Shown here piece by piece: positions 21,674 to 31,733 of a stretch of 64,000 nt of DNA. How positions within the stretch are numbered: position 1 is the stretch's first letter; each line of letters starts with the position of its first letter. The stretch is from an uncultured Bacillota bacterium (GTDB lineage: Bacteria; Bacillota; Dehalobacteriia; UBA4068; UBA4997). A model generated the notes under the pieces. It did not search any database. It was not told the origin of the DNA and saw nothing but the letters and a program-made list of their open reading frames with translations. The stretch spans positions 319 to 64,318 of the forward strand of contig CAQWMM010000004.1 in the NCBI GenBank assembly GCA_948907985.1. The letters run 5' to 3'. A program made the position numbers and the translations under genes.

Positions 21674-23005
21674 CTATTTAACCACTTCAACCAGCTGCTG
21701 GACATATTTTTGGCAAAGCTCGTCAGAGGCGGCCTCCACCATCACCCGCACCACCGGTTCCGTGCCGCTGGGCCGAATCAGCACCCGCCCCTCGCCGGCC
21801 ATTTGTTCCTCAATCTGCGCCGCCAGCTGTTGCAGGGCCGGATTATGCAGCGCCGCCTGCTTATCCGCCACCCGCACGTTCTGTAAGAGCTGCGGATAGG
21901 TTTTAACCGGCTCGGCCAGCTTGGAAAGCGGCACTTTGCGCTCCAGAATTACTTCCATCAGTTTAATGGCCGTCAAAATACCGTCGCCGGTGGAGGCATA
22001 TTTGCTGAAGATAATATGGCCGGATTGTTCGCCGCCCAGACGGTGGCCGTTTTGCAGCATATTCTCATAAACAAAGCGGTCGCCCACCGCCGTTTTCTCA
22101 TAGTCGATACCCAAAGCGTCGAAAGCCTTATAAAGCCCCAGATTGGACATCACCGTGGTTACCACCGTATTATTAAGCAGCTTGCCTCGCTCTTTCATAT
22201 AACGGCCATAGATGTAAAGAATTTTATCGCCGTCCACCACGCGGCCCTGCTCATCCACAGCCAGGCAGCGGTCGGCGTCGCCGTCAAAAGCGAAGCCAAC
22301 GTCCAAATGCAGCTCGCGCACCAGATTTTGCAGTTCTTCAATGTGGGTGGAACCGCAGTTCATATTAATGTTGGTGCCGTCTGGCTCGTTGTTGATCGCG
22401 GTGGTTTTCGCGCCCAGAGCGTCAAAAATGCTTTTAGCCAGCATCCAGGCGCTGCCGTTGGCACAGTCCAGCCCCACCCGCATTCCGCGGTAAGAGCGCA
22501 CCGCCAGCGAGATTAAATAGCCCATATAGCGGTTACGCCCGGCGGTGTAATCAACGGTGCAGCCAATTTCATCCCGCAAAGCCAACGCCGGCTCTGGCGA
22601 GCCGCTGTCCAGATATTCTTCCAGCCGGGCAATCGTTTCCGCGTCCATCTTCTCGCCGCGCTCGTTCAAAAGTTTAATGCCATTGTCATAAAAAGGGTTA
22701 TGGCTGGCCGAAATCATCAGGCCGGCGTCGAAATCCTCGGTGCGCACCACATAAGAAACGCTGGGCGTGGTGGTAACATGCAGCAGATAAACATCGCCAC
22801 CGCAGGAGGTCAGCCCGGCCACCAGCGCATATTCCAACATATAGCTGGAACGCCGCGTGTCCTTGCCGATCACAAAACGGCAGCGCCGCCCCCGAAGCTG
22901 CCGGTAATACCCCGCCAGAAAACGGCCGATTTTATAGGCGTGCTGCGCCGTCAAATCCACGTTGGCCTCCCCCCGGAAACCATCGGTGCCAAAATACTTA
23001 CCCAT
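21674..23005 (-). CDS. glmM: phosphoglucosamine mutase
   Basis: The GTDGFRG and SASHNP motifs are present. The start is moved to MGKYFGTDGFRG (RBS GGGGA). The listed ORF start at 23047 is probably an over-extension. Confidence 0.85.
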   Translation of the reverse strand: MGKYFGTDGFRGEANVDLTAQHAYKIGRFLAGYYRQLRGRRCRFVIGKDTRRSSYMLEYALVAGLTSCGGDVYLLHVTTTPSVSYVVRTEDFDAGLMISASHNPFYDNGIKLLNERGEKMDAETIARLEEYLDSGSPEPALALRDEIGCTVDYTAGRNRYMGYLISLAVRSYRGMRVGLDCANGSAWMLAKSIFDALGAKTTAINNEPDGTNINMNCGSTHIEELQNLVRELHLDVGFAFDGDADRCLAVDEQGRVVDGDKILYIYGRYMKERGKLLNNTVVTTVMSNLGLYKAFDALGIDYEKTAVGDRFVYENMLQNGHRLGGEQSGHIIFSKYASTGDGILTAIKLMEVILERKVPLSKLAEPVKTYPQLLQNVRVADKQAALHNPALQQLAAQIEEQMAGEGRVLIRPSGTEPVVRVMVEAASDELCQKYVQQLVEVVK

Positions 23006-23160
23006 ACAATCATCCCCATAACAGAAATTATACTTATATTTTATCATAAAAAAACTTGGCTGTCTAGTTTCCGGCCCAATTATTGCCTTATTTTATAGAC
23101 CTGAATTAAGTCCTGCCGAATTAAATTTTACCAATTTAGCAAAAAATTTGTCCACAGGCC

Positions 23161-23189
23161 TTGACAAGCGCCGCCGCATTTTGTATAAT
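23161..23189 (+). promoter_or_regulatory. consensus sigma-A promoter of the tRNA cluster
   Basis: TTGACA (23161-66), 17-nt spacer, TATAAT (23184-89), with an extended TG. Confidence 0.55.
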
Positions 23190-23219
23190 ATTTTATGCGT
23201 GATTGAGAGACATTGCAGT

Positions 23220-23308
23220 GGAGAGGTACCGAAGCGGTCATAACGGAGCGGTCTTGAAAACCGTCGCACAGCAATGTGTCGTGGGTTCGAATCCCACCCT
23301 CTCCGCCA
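23220..23308 (+). tRNA. tRNA-Ser (anticodon TGA)
   Basis: The acceptor stem pairs GGAGAGG with CCTCTCC, the anticodon loop is CTTGAAA, the variable arm is long and CCA is encoded. Confidence 0.85.
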
Positions 23309-23325
23309 ATTTACGCACTTGACAT

Positions 23326-23420
23326 GGAGAGTTGGCCGAGTCGGTCGAAGGCGCTCGCCTGCTAAGCGAGTATACGGGCAAAAACCTGTATCGGGGGTTC
23401 GAATCCCCTGCTCTCCGCCA
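23326..23420 (+). tRNA. tRNA-Ser (anticodon GCT)
   Basis: The acceptor stem pairs GGAGAG with CTCTCC, the anticodon loop is CTGCTAA, the variable arm is long and CCA is encoded. Confidence 0.8.
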
Positions 23421-23534
23421 CTAAATGAACACTTAACGATCGACAAGACCAGCAAAGCTGGGCGAAGACAGAGTTTAGTGTGAATTAATCCATTTGGCTT
23501 TAGGCAAATGGTTAGCTTATGATTTTATTTACAT

Positions 23535-23611
23535 GTGCTACTAGCTCAGCTGGATAGAGCGTCTGGCTACGGACCAGAAGGTCGGGGGTTCGAATCCCTC
23601 GTAGCACGCCA
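23535..23611 (+). tRNA. tRNA-Arg (anticodon ACG)
   Basis: The acceptor stem pairs GTGCTAC with GTAGCAC, the anticodon loop is CTACGGA, the T-loop is GGTTCGAATCC and CCA is encoded. Confidence 0.85.
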
Positions 23612-23645
23612 AAAGCGTCCACTTTTTTGTGGACGCTTTTTCTCT
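23612..23645 (+). terminator. intrinsic terminator after the tRNA cluster
   Basis: The hairpin is agcgtccac-tttttt-gtggacgct, followed by ttttt. Confidence 0.6.
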
Positions 23646-23761
23646 CTTATAAACACCGATTATGTTAATAAACGGGATAACTTTTAGAAAGTTTTTCAAC
23701 CAAAATTTTCCCGCTTTTAGCCAAACCCGCACCACGCATAGCTTGTCAGAATCACCAATTC

Positions 23762-23802
23762 TGTGGAAAACCCTGTGGAAAAGTGTGGAAAACAGTGGAT
23801 AA
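23762..23802 (+). promoter_or_regulatory. cluster of four phased DnaA-box-like repeats upstream of sbcD
   Basis: TGTGGAAAA occurs three times and AGTGGATAA once, starting at 23762, 23774, 23784 and 23794 (10-12 bp phasing). These are reverse complements of TTTTCCACA and TTATCCACT. Confidence 0.5.
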
Positions 23803-23856
23803 CTTGCTTATTTAGAGCTCAAAAGCCTTAGATTGTAAAAAAAAGGACTTTACACC

Positions 23857-25011
23857 ATGAAATTAATCCATCTGGCCGATTTGCATATCGGCAAAAGCTT
23901 AAATGATTACAGCCTGATTGACGACCAGCGTTATATTTTGCAACAGATTTTACAGCTGGCGCGTCAGCATCAGGCTGACGCCGTGCTGCTGGCCGGCGAT
24001 ATTTACGATAAGGCCGTCCCCAGCGAGGAGGCCGTCCGCCTGCTGGACGAATTTTTGCAGGGCCTGACCGAACTTAACCTGCCGGCGTTTATAATCAGCG
24101 GCAACCATGATTCTGACGAGCGGCTGAACTTCGGCAGCCGTCTGTTTGCCAAAAACCAGATTTATATTGCCGCCAAATATAACGGCCAACTTTATCAAAA
24201 AACCTTGCAGGATGAATTTGGCCCGGTTAACTTTTATCTGCTGCCTTTTGTTAAAGCCTCGCAGGTACGGCATTTTTTCCCCGAGGCCGCCATCGCCAGC
24301 TATGATGACGCGGTGCGTCTGGCGGTCGGCCAGGCCGAAATTGACGTCAGTCAGCGCAACGTTTTGCTGACGCACCAATTTGTAACCGGACGCGGGGCCG
24401 AAGCCAACCCGGAACTGGCCGGCTCCGAAACTGCGGCGGCGCTGACCGTCGGCACGGTGGAGCGGGTTTTCGCCGATTGTTTCGCCTCTTTCGATTACGT
24501 CGCCATGGGGCATATTCACGCCCCCCAGCCGGTAGGCGGCGCAACCGTCCGCTATGCCGGCTCACCCTTAAAATATTCGCTGGCCGAGGTTAACAATCAA
24601 AAATCCGTCCCGCTGATCAGCCTGGGGCCCAAAGGCAACTGCCAGGTGGAGCTGCTCCCCCTGCGCCCCCGGCGCGAACTGCGCTGCCTGAAGGGGCGCC
24701 TCAACCAGCTGCTTAGCCCGGAAAATATCCAAAATACGGACGATTATATTTACGCCGTTTTAACGGATGAAGAACCGATTACCAACGCCATGGGCATTTT
24801 TCGCCAGTATTACCCCAACACCCTTAAAATCGGCTATGATAACGCCCACACCCGGACAGCCGCCCAGCCTGATCCTGATAAAATCCGAACAAATAAGCCC
24901 CCTTTAGAACTCGTGGCGGATTTTTATCAAATGATGTATGGCTGTGAGATCAGCCCGGCAGAATTGCAGATTATGCAGCAGGCCGCCCAAAAGGCAGGTG
25001 TTCCGTTATGA
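23857..25011 (+). CDS. sbcD: exonuclease SbcCD, nuclease subunit D
   Basis: 384 aa. The N-terminus is MKLIHLADLHIGK and the calcineurin-like phosphoesterase motifs are present. Confidence 0.9.
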   Translation: MKLIHLADLHIGKSLNDYSLIDDQRYILQQILQLARQHQADAVLLAGDIYDKAVPSEEAVRLLDEFLQGLTELNLPAFIISGNHDSDERLNFGSRLFAKNQIYIAAKYNGQLYQKTLQDEFGPVNFYLLPFVKASQVRHFFPEAAIASYDDAVRLAVGQAEIDVSQRNVLLTHQFVTGRGAEANPELAGSETAAALTVGTVERVFADCFASFDYVAMGHIHAPQPVGGATVRYAGSPLKYSLAEVNNQKSVPLISLGPKGNCQVELLPLRPRRELRCLKGRLNQLLSPENIQNTDDYIYAVLTDEEPITNAMGIFRQYYPNTLKIGYDNAHTRTAAQPDPDKIRTNKPPLELVADFYQMMYGCEISPAELQIMQQAAQKAGVPL

Positions 25012-28000
25012 AACCGTTAAAATTGACGATCAGCGCAATCGGCCCTTACGCTGCCCAGCCGCCGGCCATTGACTTTGAACAATTCGCCCCCCGCGGCCTG
25101 TTTCTGATTTCCGGCGATACCGGCGCGGGCAAAACCACAATTTTTGACGCTATCTGTTTTGCCCTCTACGGCGAAACCAGCGGCCAGTGGCGCAGCACGG
25201 CCAATCTGCGCAGTCAGTTTGCCCAGCCGGACACCCCCAGCTTTGTGGACTTCACTTTCAGCAACCAGGGCCAGATTTACCGTCTGTACCGTCAGCCCGC
25301 CTATGCCCGCCCTAAAAAGCGGGGCGGCGGCCAAACCCAGGAGACGGAAAAGGCTACGCTCTACTGCGGCAACGAGCCGCCAATCGAGGGCAAAGTTCAG
25401 GTTAACAAACGCGTTCAGGAGATTTTGCAAATCAACTTTCAGCAGTTCAAGCAAATTGCCATGATTGCCCAGGGCGAGTTTTGGAACCTGCTGAACGCCA
25501 CCACCAAGGAACGCACTAAAATTTTGCGCACCATTTTTATGACCTCCCCTTACCAAAATCTGGAGGCCGAACTGCGCAGCCGCCGTGCCGAAAGCCTGAA
25601 AAACCGCCAGCGGTTGGAAAACAGCGTTATCCAATATTTTCAGGAAGCCGCCGCCGCAGACGACAGCCCCCTGGCCGGCCGGCTGGCCGAACTGCAAACC
25701 CGGGCCAGGCAAAGCGGCAGCGCCTGGAACCTCGAAGATATGCTGAATATTTTAGCCGAACTGCAAGACGAAGACCAGGCCAGGCTGCAAACCGCCAATA
25801 ACAGCCTGCAAACGGCCCAAACCGCTTTAGACCGGCTCAAAGAACAACTAGCCACCGCCAAAGTAAACAATGATTTTTTACAGCGCCGGGAAACATTTCA
25901 GCAGCAACAGCGACAGCTGGCCGAAGAGGCCGGGGAGGTCAAACAGTGCGAACAGCTGTTAACCCGGCAAAAGGCCGCCCGGCGCGAGGTTCTGCCCGCT
26001 TATCAACGCTGGCAGGAAAACGCACAGGCGGTTGAAAAGACGGCGACAGACATTGCCGAACAGCAGAGCAGGCTGCAAAAAGCCCGGCAGGATTTAACCG
26101 CCGCCGAAAGCGCGCGCCAACAAAAGCTGCAAAGTAAACCCCAGGCCGAAGAGCTAAATCAGCAGGCCCGGCGGCTGGCCGAAGATATTGCAAAATATAC
26201 CCGGCGCGACGAACTGCGCCAAACCGCCGCCCGACTGCAAGAAGAGGGACGGCTCTGCCAGCGGGAGGAAGAAAATCTGCGCCAAACGAACAAGGATCTG
26301 CAAAGCAAAATCGCCGCTCTGGAGGCGGAAATTGAACGCTGCCAAAACGCCCCCGCCCAGCTGGTTGCCAGCCAAAGCCGCGGCAAAGAACTGCAAAAAA
26401 TCTTTGAGAGCGCCCAACAGCTTTTGCAGCAAACCATTCCCCAATATAAAAAGGCCAAAAACGCCCTTGCCGCCCAGCAGGCCGCTTTTGCCAAAGCGCA
26501 AAACGCCTGGCAGCGGCTGGACGAAGAATATAAGCGGCAGGAAATTATTCTGGAAAACTGCCGCGCCGGCATTTTGGCCCAAAGCCTGCAAGAGGGCGCA
26601 CCCTGCCCGGTCTGCGGCGCAGTTCATCATCCCCGGCCGGCAGCCCTGCCCGCGCAGGCCATCTCCGAAGAAGAACTGAAACACAGCAAGGAACTGGCCG
26701 AGGCGGCGCAAACGCAAAAAAATAATTTACTGACCGAAGTGGAAACCAGCAAAAACACCTTACAACGGCAAGGGCTGGAACTGCGGCAAAAGGTTTTGGA
26801 GATTCTGCAAAACGAATACGCGCCCGCCCTCGAGCAGGCCGCAGCCGCCGCCGGCGGCGACGAACTGGAGCGGCTGCTTAAACAAGCTATAACCGGTTTT
26901 GAACAACAACAGCAAGAAAATCAGCAGGAACAGGATAATCTGACCAAAGATTGCCAAACCTATCAGCAGGCCGGCCAACAACTGAACAAAGCCCGCAATG
27001 AGGAAACCGCCAGTCTGAAAACCCGCCAGGAACAATGGCAGCAACAGCGGGACAACTATCAGCAAGCCTGGGCGGAAAATCAGGCGCAGCTTGGCGGCCT
27101 GACCCAACTGGAGTTTGCCGATGCAAAGGCCGCTGCCAACGCCCAACAGCAGTGCGAACAGCAGGCGCAGGCTATTTTGCAGGCTATCGAGCAGACCGAA
27201 CAGCATTTTGCCAATGCCCAAAACCAGCTTAGCCGGGCAGAAAGCGCCCTGCAAACTCTGGAAACCAACCTAAAGGAGCAACAGGCTAAAGCGGCGGCCA
27301 GCCGGCAGATCCTTGCTGACGCCTTGCAGCAAAAAGGCTTTACTGATACTGCCGAATTTAAGTCCGCGCTGGCTTCCGAGCAGGCAATCGCCGCCGCCGA
27401 GGCAGCAATCAACGACTATTACAGCCGACTGACAGCCAACCGCCAACAGCTGCAACAGGCGGAACAAGACGCAGACGGCAAAACGCCGATTGACGAAGAA
27501 GAGTTGGAGCAACAAATCCAGGAGCAAACCTGCCGGCTGCAAGCTTTTCAGCAAGTCAGCAGCGCTATCAGCCACCGTATAGACGATAATCAGCGCCGCT
27601 TTGCCAATATCGACCGGCAGAAAGCTGATTTGGCTAAATACCGGCAGGAATATGAACTTTGCAGCCGCCTGTGTAATCTGGTTGGCGGCAACATTAGCGA
27701 AAAGGCTAAAATCACGCTGGAGCAATATATTCAGGCTGCCGGCTATGACAGTATTATCGACGCGGCCAACCGCCGGCTTTTGCCGATGAGCGATGGCCAG
27801 TTTGAACTCTTCCGCCAGAATAAGGCCGGCAATATGCAGAGCGAAAGTTTTTTGGATTTGGAAGTACAGGATAATTTTACCGGCCGGCGGCGGCCGGTGG
27901 GCAATTTATCCGGCGGCGAAAGCTTTAAGGCCTCGCTTAGCCTGGCACTGGGCCTTTCCGATACCATATCCGGCAGTTTGGGCGGCATACAAATGGACGT

Positions 28001-28202
28001 GCTGTTTGTGGACGAGGGTTTCGGCACGCTGGATAAAAAATCCATTGAAAGCGCGCTGGAAATTCTAACCGGCCTTTCTGCCAGCAGCAAGCTAATCGGC
28101 GTTATCAGCCACCGCGAGGAATTACGGGAAGCTATCCCCCAGCAAATTAACGTTCGCAAAAGTCGCACCGGCAGCAGCCTTATTATTGACACCGGATTTT
28201 AA
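25008..28202 (+). CDS. sbcC: exonuclease SbcCD, ATPase subunit C
   Basis: 1064 aa. Walker A GDTGAGKTT is present. A long Q/A/E-rich coiled coil carries the zinc hook CPVCG. The C-terminal signature and D-loop are present (LSGGESF...DEGFGTLD). Confidence 0.9.
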   Translation: MKPLKLTISAIGPYAAQPPAIDFEQFAPRGLFLISGDTGAGKTTIFDAICFALYGETSGQWRSTANLRSQFAQPDTPSFVDFTFSNQGQIYRLYRQPAYARPKKRGGGQTQETEKATLYCGNEPPIEGKVQVNKRVQEILQINFQQFKQIAMIAQGEFWNLLNATTKERTKILRTIFMTSPYQNLEAELRSRRAESLKNRQRLENSVIQYFQEAAAADDSPLAGRLAELQTRARQSGSAWNLEDMLNILAELQDEDQARLQTANNSLQTAQTALDRLKEQLATAKVNNDFLQRRETFQQQQRQLAEEAGEVKQCEQLLTRQKAARREVLPAYQRWQENAQAVEKTATDIAEQQSRLQKARQDLTAAESARQQKLQSKPQAEELNQQARRLAEDIAKYTRRDELRQTAARLQEEGRLCQREEENLRQTNKDLQSKIAALEAEIERCQNAPAQLVASQSRGKELQKIFESAQQLLQQTIPQYKKAKNALAAQQAAFAKAQNAWQRLDEEYKRQEIILENCRAGILAQSLQEGAPCPVCGAVHHPRPAALPAQAISEEELKHSKELAEAAQTQKNNLLTEVETSKNTLQRQGLELRQKVLEILQNEYAPALEQAAAAAGGDELERLLKQAITGFEQQQQENQQEQDNLTKDCQTYQQAGQQLNKARNEETASLKTRQEQWQQQRDNYQQAWAENQAQLGGLTQLEFADAKAAANAQQQCEQQAQAILQAIEQTEQHFANAQNQLSRAESALQTLETNLKEQQAKAAASRQILADALQQKGFTDTAEFKSALASEQAIAAAEAAINDYYSRLTANRQQLQQAEQDADGKTPIDEEELEQQIQEQTCRLQAFQQVSSAISHRIDDNQRRFANIDRQKADLAKYRQEYELCSRLCNLVGGNISEKAKITLEQYIQAAGYDSIIDAANRRLLPMSDGQFELFRQNKAGNMQSESFLDLEVQDNFTGRRRPVGNLSGGESFKASLSLALGLSDTISGSLGGIQMDVLFVDEGFGTLDKKSIESALEILTGLSASSKLIGVISHREELREAIPQQINVRKSRTGSSLIIDTGF

Positions 28203-28393
28203 AACCTCATTTCTTCATAAAATACCAGTTCGCTAACCGGCATACAGGTTTGCTGCCGCCGAAATTCGCCCGCCAGTTTTAAATATACGAAAACTACCTG
28301 ATTTAGGGCCCTGCGGCCTTTAAAAAATGTTGCAAAGCACCGGAAAATATGGTAAAATAAAAAAATAATTATTATGCTTGAGGTGTGGCCAAA

Positions 28394-28783
28394 ATGCAAA
28401 TCAGAGAATCCGCCGAGGATTATTTGGAAACTATCCTGATCCTGAAAGGCGAAAACGGCAATGTTCGTTCCATAGATATAGCGCACCATCTGGGCTTTTC
28501 CCGCCCCAGCGTCAGCATTGCCATGAAGAACCTGCGCGAAAACGGCTATATCAACGTATCCGACGACGCTCTGATAACCCTCACCCCACAGGGCCTGGCG
28601 GTGGCCGAGCGCATTTATGAGCGCCACCAGATTTTAACTGACTGCCTGCTGCGCCTGGGCGTTAGCCCGGAAAACGCCCGCGCCGACGCCTGCCGCATTG
28701 AACATGATTTGAGCGAGGATAGTTTTGCCAAAATCAAGGCATATTATTTAGAAGTTTTGGCCGCAAAAACAAGCGGTGAATAA
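28394..28783 (+). CDS. DtxR/MntR-family metal-dependent transcriptional regulator
   Basis: The start is [17 protein letters not shown], with an RBS GAGGTG and a promoter TTGCAA-17-TAAAAT. Only the HTH and dimerisation domains are present. The listed ORF used a GTG 9 nt upstream. Confidence 0.7.
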   Translation: MQIRESAEDYLETILILKGENGNVRSIDIAHHLGFSRPSVSIAMKNLRENGYINVSDDALITLTPQGLAVAERIYERHQILTDCLLRLGVSPENARADACRIEHDLSEDSFAKIKAYYLEVLAAKTSGE

Positions 28784-28811
28784 AATTTTTTTGACAAAAG
28801 GAGTTTTCTCA

Positions 28812-30473
28812 ATGGAAAAAACGGAAGAGAAAGAAAAAATTATGGCCGGAAATTTTATCCATGATGAGATCGAAAGCGATTTGGCGGAAGGGCACAGCCA
28901 GACGGTTCACACCCGTTTCCCGCCAGAGCCTAACGGTTATCTGCATATCGGCCACGCCAAAAGCATTTGCCTTAATTTTGGCGCCGCCCAAAAATATAAA
29001 GGACTTTGCAACCTGCGCTTTGACGATACCAACCCCGCCAAGGAAGAGCAGGAATTTATGGATTCGATTAAAGCAGATGTACGTTGGCTGGGCTTTGACT
29101 GGCAGGACAGGCTTTTTTACGCCTCCGACTATTTTGAGCAAATTTATGGTTATGCCGTTGAGTTGATTAAAGCCGGCAAAGCCTACGTTTGCCAACTCTC
29201 CACCGATGAAATGCGCGAGCACCGCGGCACTATCGGCGTGCCGGCCACCTCTCCCTGGCGCGATCGTCCGATTGAGGAAAGTCTGGATTTGTTCAGCCGG
29301 ATGCGCGCCGGCGAATTTGCCGACGGCCAATACACCCTGCGCGCCAAAATTGATTTAGCCTCGCCCAACTTTGTAATGCGTGATCCGGTGATTTATCGGA
29401 TTCAGCACGGCGAGCATAACCGCACTGGCAACGATTGGTGCATTTACCCCATGTATGATTTTGCGCATCCCCTGTCCGATTCGCTGGAGGGCATCACTCA
29501 CTCCATTTGCACTATGGAATTTGAAATTCACCGCCCGCTTTACGATTGGGTTATCGCCAACACCAGCTGCCCCACCAAAAGCCGGCAGATTGAGTTTGCC
29601 CGCCTGAACCTCACGCATACGGTAATGAGCAAGCGTTTTTTGCGCCGTCTGGTGGAGGAGGGCAAGGTGCGCGGCTGGGATGATCCCCGCATGCCCACAA
29701 TCTCCGGTTTACGCCGCCGCGGTTTCACGCCGGAGGCAATCCGCGATTTTTGTGAGCGTATCGGCGTAGCCAAAGCCGACAGTATCGTGGACTATGCCCT
29801 GTTGGAACATTGCCTGCGCGAGGACTTAAATGCCCGCGCCGACCGGGTTATGTGCGTGCTGCGGCCGCTTAAAGTAGTAATCACCAATTATCCGGAAGAC
29901 GGACGGGAAATGTTGCCCATTGAAAATAATCCGGAAAAACCGGAGCGCGGCAAACGCCTGCTGCCTTTTGGACGCGAAATCTATATTGAGCAGGATGATT
30001 TTATGGAAGAACCGCCAAAGAAGTTTTTCCGCTTAAAACCCGGCGGCGAAGTGCGCCTGAAAGCCGCCTATATTATCAAGTGTGAAGAAGTTATCAAAGA
30101 CACTGACGGCAACATTACCGAGCTGCACTGCACCTATGATCCGGAAACCATCAGCGGCGGCTCCAGCACCAAAAAGGTTAAGGCCACCATTCATTGGGTA
30201 AACGCCAAAGAATGTAAAACTGCTGAGGTTCGCCTATATGATTATCTTTTTACAGATGAGAATCCCTCACCGGCCAGCGGCGACTTTATGGACAGCCTAA
30301 ACCCAAATAGCCTGCAAGTTTTATCTAATGCTAAAATTGAGTCGCTGTTGCCTATGCCGTCCGAGAAATTCCAATTTCTGCGCCATGGTTACTTCTGCGT
30401 TGATCCGGATACCGAAAATGATCATCCCGTATTTAACCGTATTGTATCCCTCAAATCTTCTTTTAAAGTTTAA
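28812..30473 (+). CDS. glnS: glutaminyl-tRNA synthetase
   Basis: The class I HIGH motif appears in [19 protein letters not shown]-like VMSKR is present. The start is moved to MEKTEEK (RBS AAAGGAG). Confidence 0.9.
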   Translation: MEKTEEKEKIMAGNFIHDEIESDLAEGHSQTVHTRFPPEPNGYLHIGHAKSICLNFGAAQKYKGLCNLRFDDTNPAKEEQEFMDSIKADVRWLGFDWQDRLFYASDYFEQIYGYAVELIKAGKAYVCQLSTDEMREHRGTIGVPATSPWRDRPIEESLDLFSRMRAGEFADGQYTLRAKIDLASPNFVMRDPVIYRIQHGEHNRTGNDWCIYPMYDFAHPLSDSLEGITHSICTMEFEIHRPLYDWVIANTSCPTKSRQIEFARLNLTHTVMSKRFLRRLVEEGKVRGWDDPRMPTISGLRRRGFTPEAIRDFCERIGVAKADSIVDYALLEHCLREDLNARADRVMCVLRPLKVVITNYPEDGREMLPIENNPEKPERGKRLLPFGREIYIEQDDFMEEPPKKFFRLKPGGEVRLKAAYIIKCEEVIKDTDGNITELHCTYDPETISGGSSTKKVKATIHWVNAKECKTAEVRLYDYLFTDENPSPASGDFMDSLNPNSLQVLSNAKIESLLPMPSEKFQFLRHGYFCVDPDTENDHPVFNRIVSLKSSFKV

Positions 30474-30509
30474 TATAAACCTGCTAATTTAACCTTATAC
30501 AAAAAAACA

Positions 30510-30558
30510 ATACGCCGCCGTTCTATCCGAAAGAAATTGAGAACGACGGCGTTTATTT
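30510..30558. terminator. bidirectional terminator between glnS and the 30573-31436 gene
   Basis: The hairpin is acgccgccgttct...agaacgacggcgt, flanked by T/A runs. Confidence 0.5.
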
Positions 30559-30572
30559 AATATTCAATATAT

Positions 30573-31436
30573 CTATATCTCAACACGCGCCCGCAGTAAA
30601 AGCTTTTGCATTTGTCTTTTACTCAAACAAATTATAAAATGCTGTGCGTCATAAACCCATTCCTGCTTATTAATTTCTGCCAGCAATGCCTGATAGGGAA
30701 CCGAACCAGCCAGCCGCCCGTCAAAAACCAGCCCCACATACCAGTTATTTAGCTGCCAATCCTGCCCGCTTATACACAAATTAGCGTCATAGGGCAACAC
30801 CGAGGCCACATCGGCCGTCAGAACATATACGCCGAATAATTCACCATCTTTTTTCTTATAGACATTAGCCTTGGCATAATATAAATCTTGTGATTGCAGC
30901 TTATGCAAATAGTTATCAAATTTTCTGGTGTCACCGCCAATCAGCCGCAAGGAATGTTCATCAAGCGAGATTGGGTTTTTTACGCCACAAATATTCAAGT
31001 TTAGGTATTTGCCGCTACAAACATCCGCCAGCATTTGCAGCAAAACGCGCTCACTGGTTTTAATATCCAGACGAATACACTCGTCAAGTCTCGCCAGCGT
31101 CATTTCCTCACCGTCACGTTCAAACACCATTGTTTGCAGCCTGTGGCATATTTTTTTTATAAAATTGTAGAAAAAATGTATATCGCGCCAGCCGCTGGGC
31201 AATGATAAACGTAGCGCTATCTCGCCAGGCTCGCTAGCAAACTCAAAACCGCGGCATATATTATTTGAATCAAAAACTACCGTATATTTACCTAAAACAT
31301 TTTCCTGCAAACAGTAGTTATTATCCATAACCCCATAACACATACCCGGCAACAGAAACGACGGCAATGCAAGCTCTTGATCTTTTCGCATACTTCTAAT
31401 TATTACATTTACCGCCATATTAAAAATTAGGCTCAT
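30573..31436 (-). CDS. hypothetical protein, uncharacterized
   Basis: 287-aa ORF with non-repetitive composition and no recognisable motifs. It is adjacent to the small-peptide cassette array. Confidence 0.55.
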   Translation of the reverse strand: MSLIFNMAVNVIIRSMRKDQELALPSFLLPGMCYGVMDNNYCLQENVLGKYTVVFDSNNICRGFEFASEPGEIALRLSLPSGWRDIHFFYNFIKKICHRLQTMVFERDGEEMTLARLDECIRLDIKTSERVLLQMLADVCSGKYLNLNICGVKNPISLDEHSLRLIGGDTRKFDNYLHKLQSQDLYYAKANVYKKKDGELFGVYVLTADVASVLPYDANLCISGQDWQLNNWYVGLVFDGRLAGSVPYQALLAEINKQEWVYDAQHFIICLSKRQMQKLLLRARVEI

Positions 31437-31533
31437 TTATCATATTTGTGTTTTTTCATATTATATCAAAAGTCCAATATTATGTCAAATAAAATTATTT
31501 TAATAAATAGACTATTCTAATTATAAACAAAAT

Positions 31534-31640
31534 AACCTCCCTTGGTTTCCCATTGGAGGTTTCTTTTACTCTTTTCTAAACAAAGGCTTGCGCCATTGTC
31601 TATCATCAAATTTTGCAAACAATCTAAACTTCTTCCCAGA
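31534..31640. repeat. conserved inter-cassette element copy 1 (bidirectional terminator-like hairpin plus ~75-nt conserved segment)
   Basis: The hairpin aacctcccttggtttcccattggaggtt is followed by tctaaacaaaggcttgcgccattgtctatcatcaaattttgcaaacaatctaaact. Two further intact copies lie at 32507-32615 and 32960-33055. Confidence 0.6.
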
Positions 31641-31733
31641 ATTTTTCCAATTTTCGCCTTTAATCTAGCTTTTTAGCACACAGTATGCTATAATATAGTT
31701 ACTCACCGCCTCAGGCAGAGAGGAGGTGATTTC

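Noticed and set aside
23100-23700. Looked for an integrase, prophage or genomic-island junction at the tRNA cluster
   Set aside because: The tRNAs are flanked directly by glmM and sbcD with only a promoter, terminator and spacer. There is no integrase, no att-like duplicate of a tRNA 3' end and no phage genes in the window.
23093-23735. Minus-strand ORFs of 120 aa and 64 aa overlapping the tRNA-Ser/Ser/Arg cluster
   Set aside because: They overlap three well-formed tRNA genes and their promoter and terminator, so they are spurious.
25017-27725. Multiple antisense ORFs and short cag/caa-rich tandem repeats inside sbcC; considered for a CRISPR or repeat array
   Set aside because: The repetitiveness comes from the Gln/Ala/Glu-rich coiled-coil coding region of SbcC. 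There is no direct-repeat/spacer periodicity and there are no cas genes.
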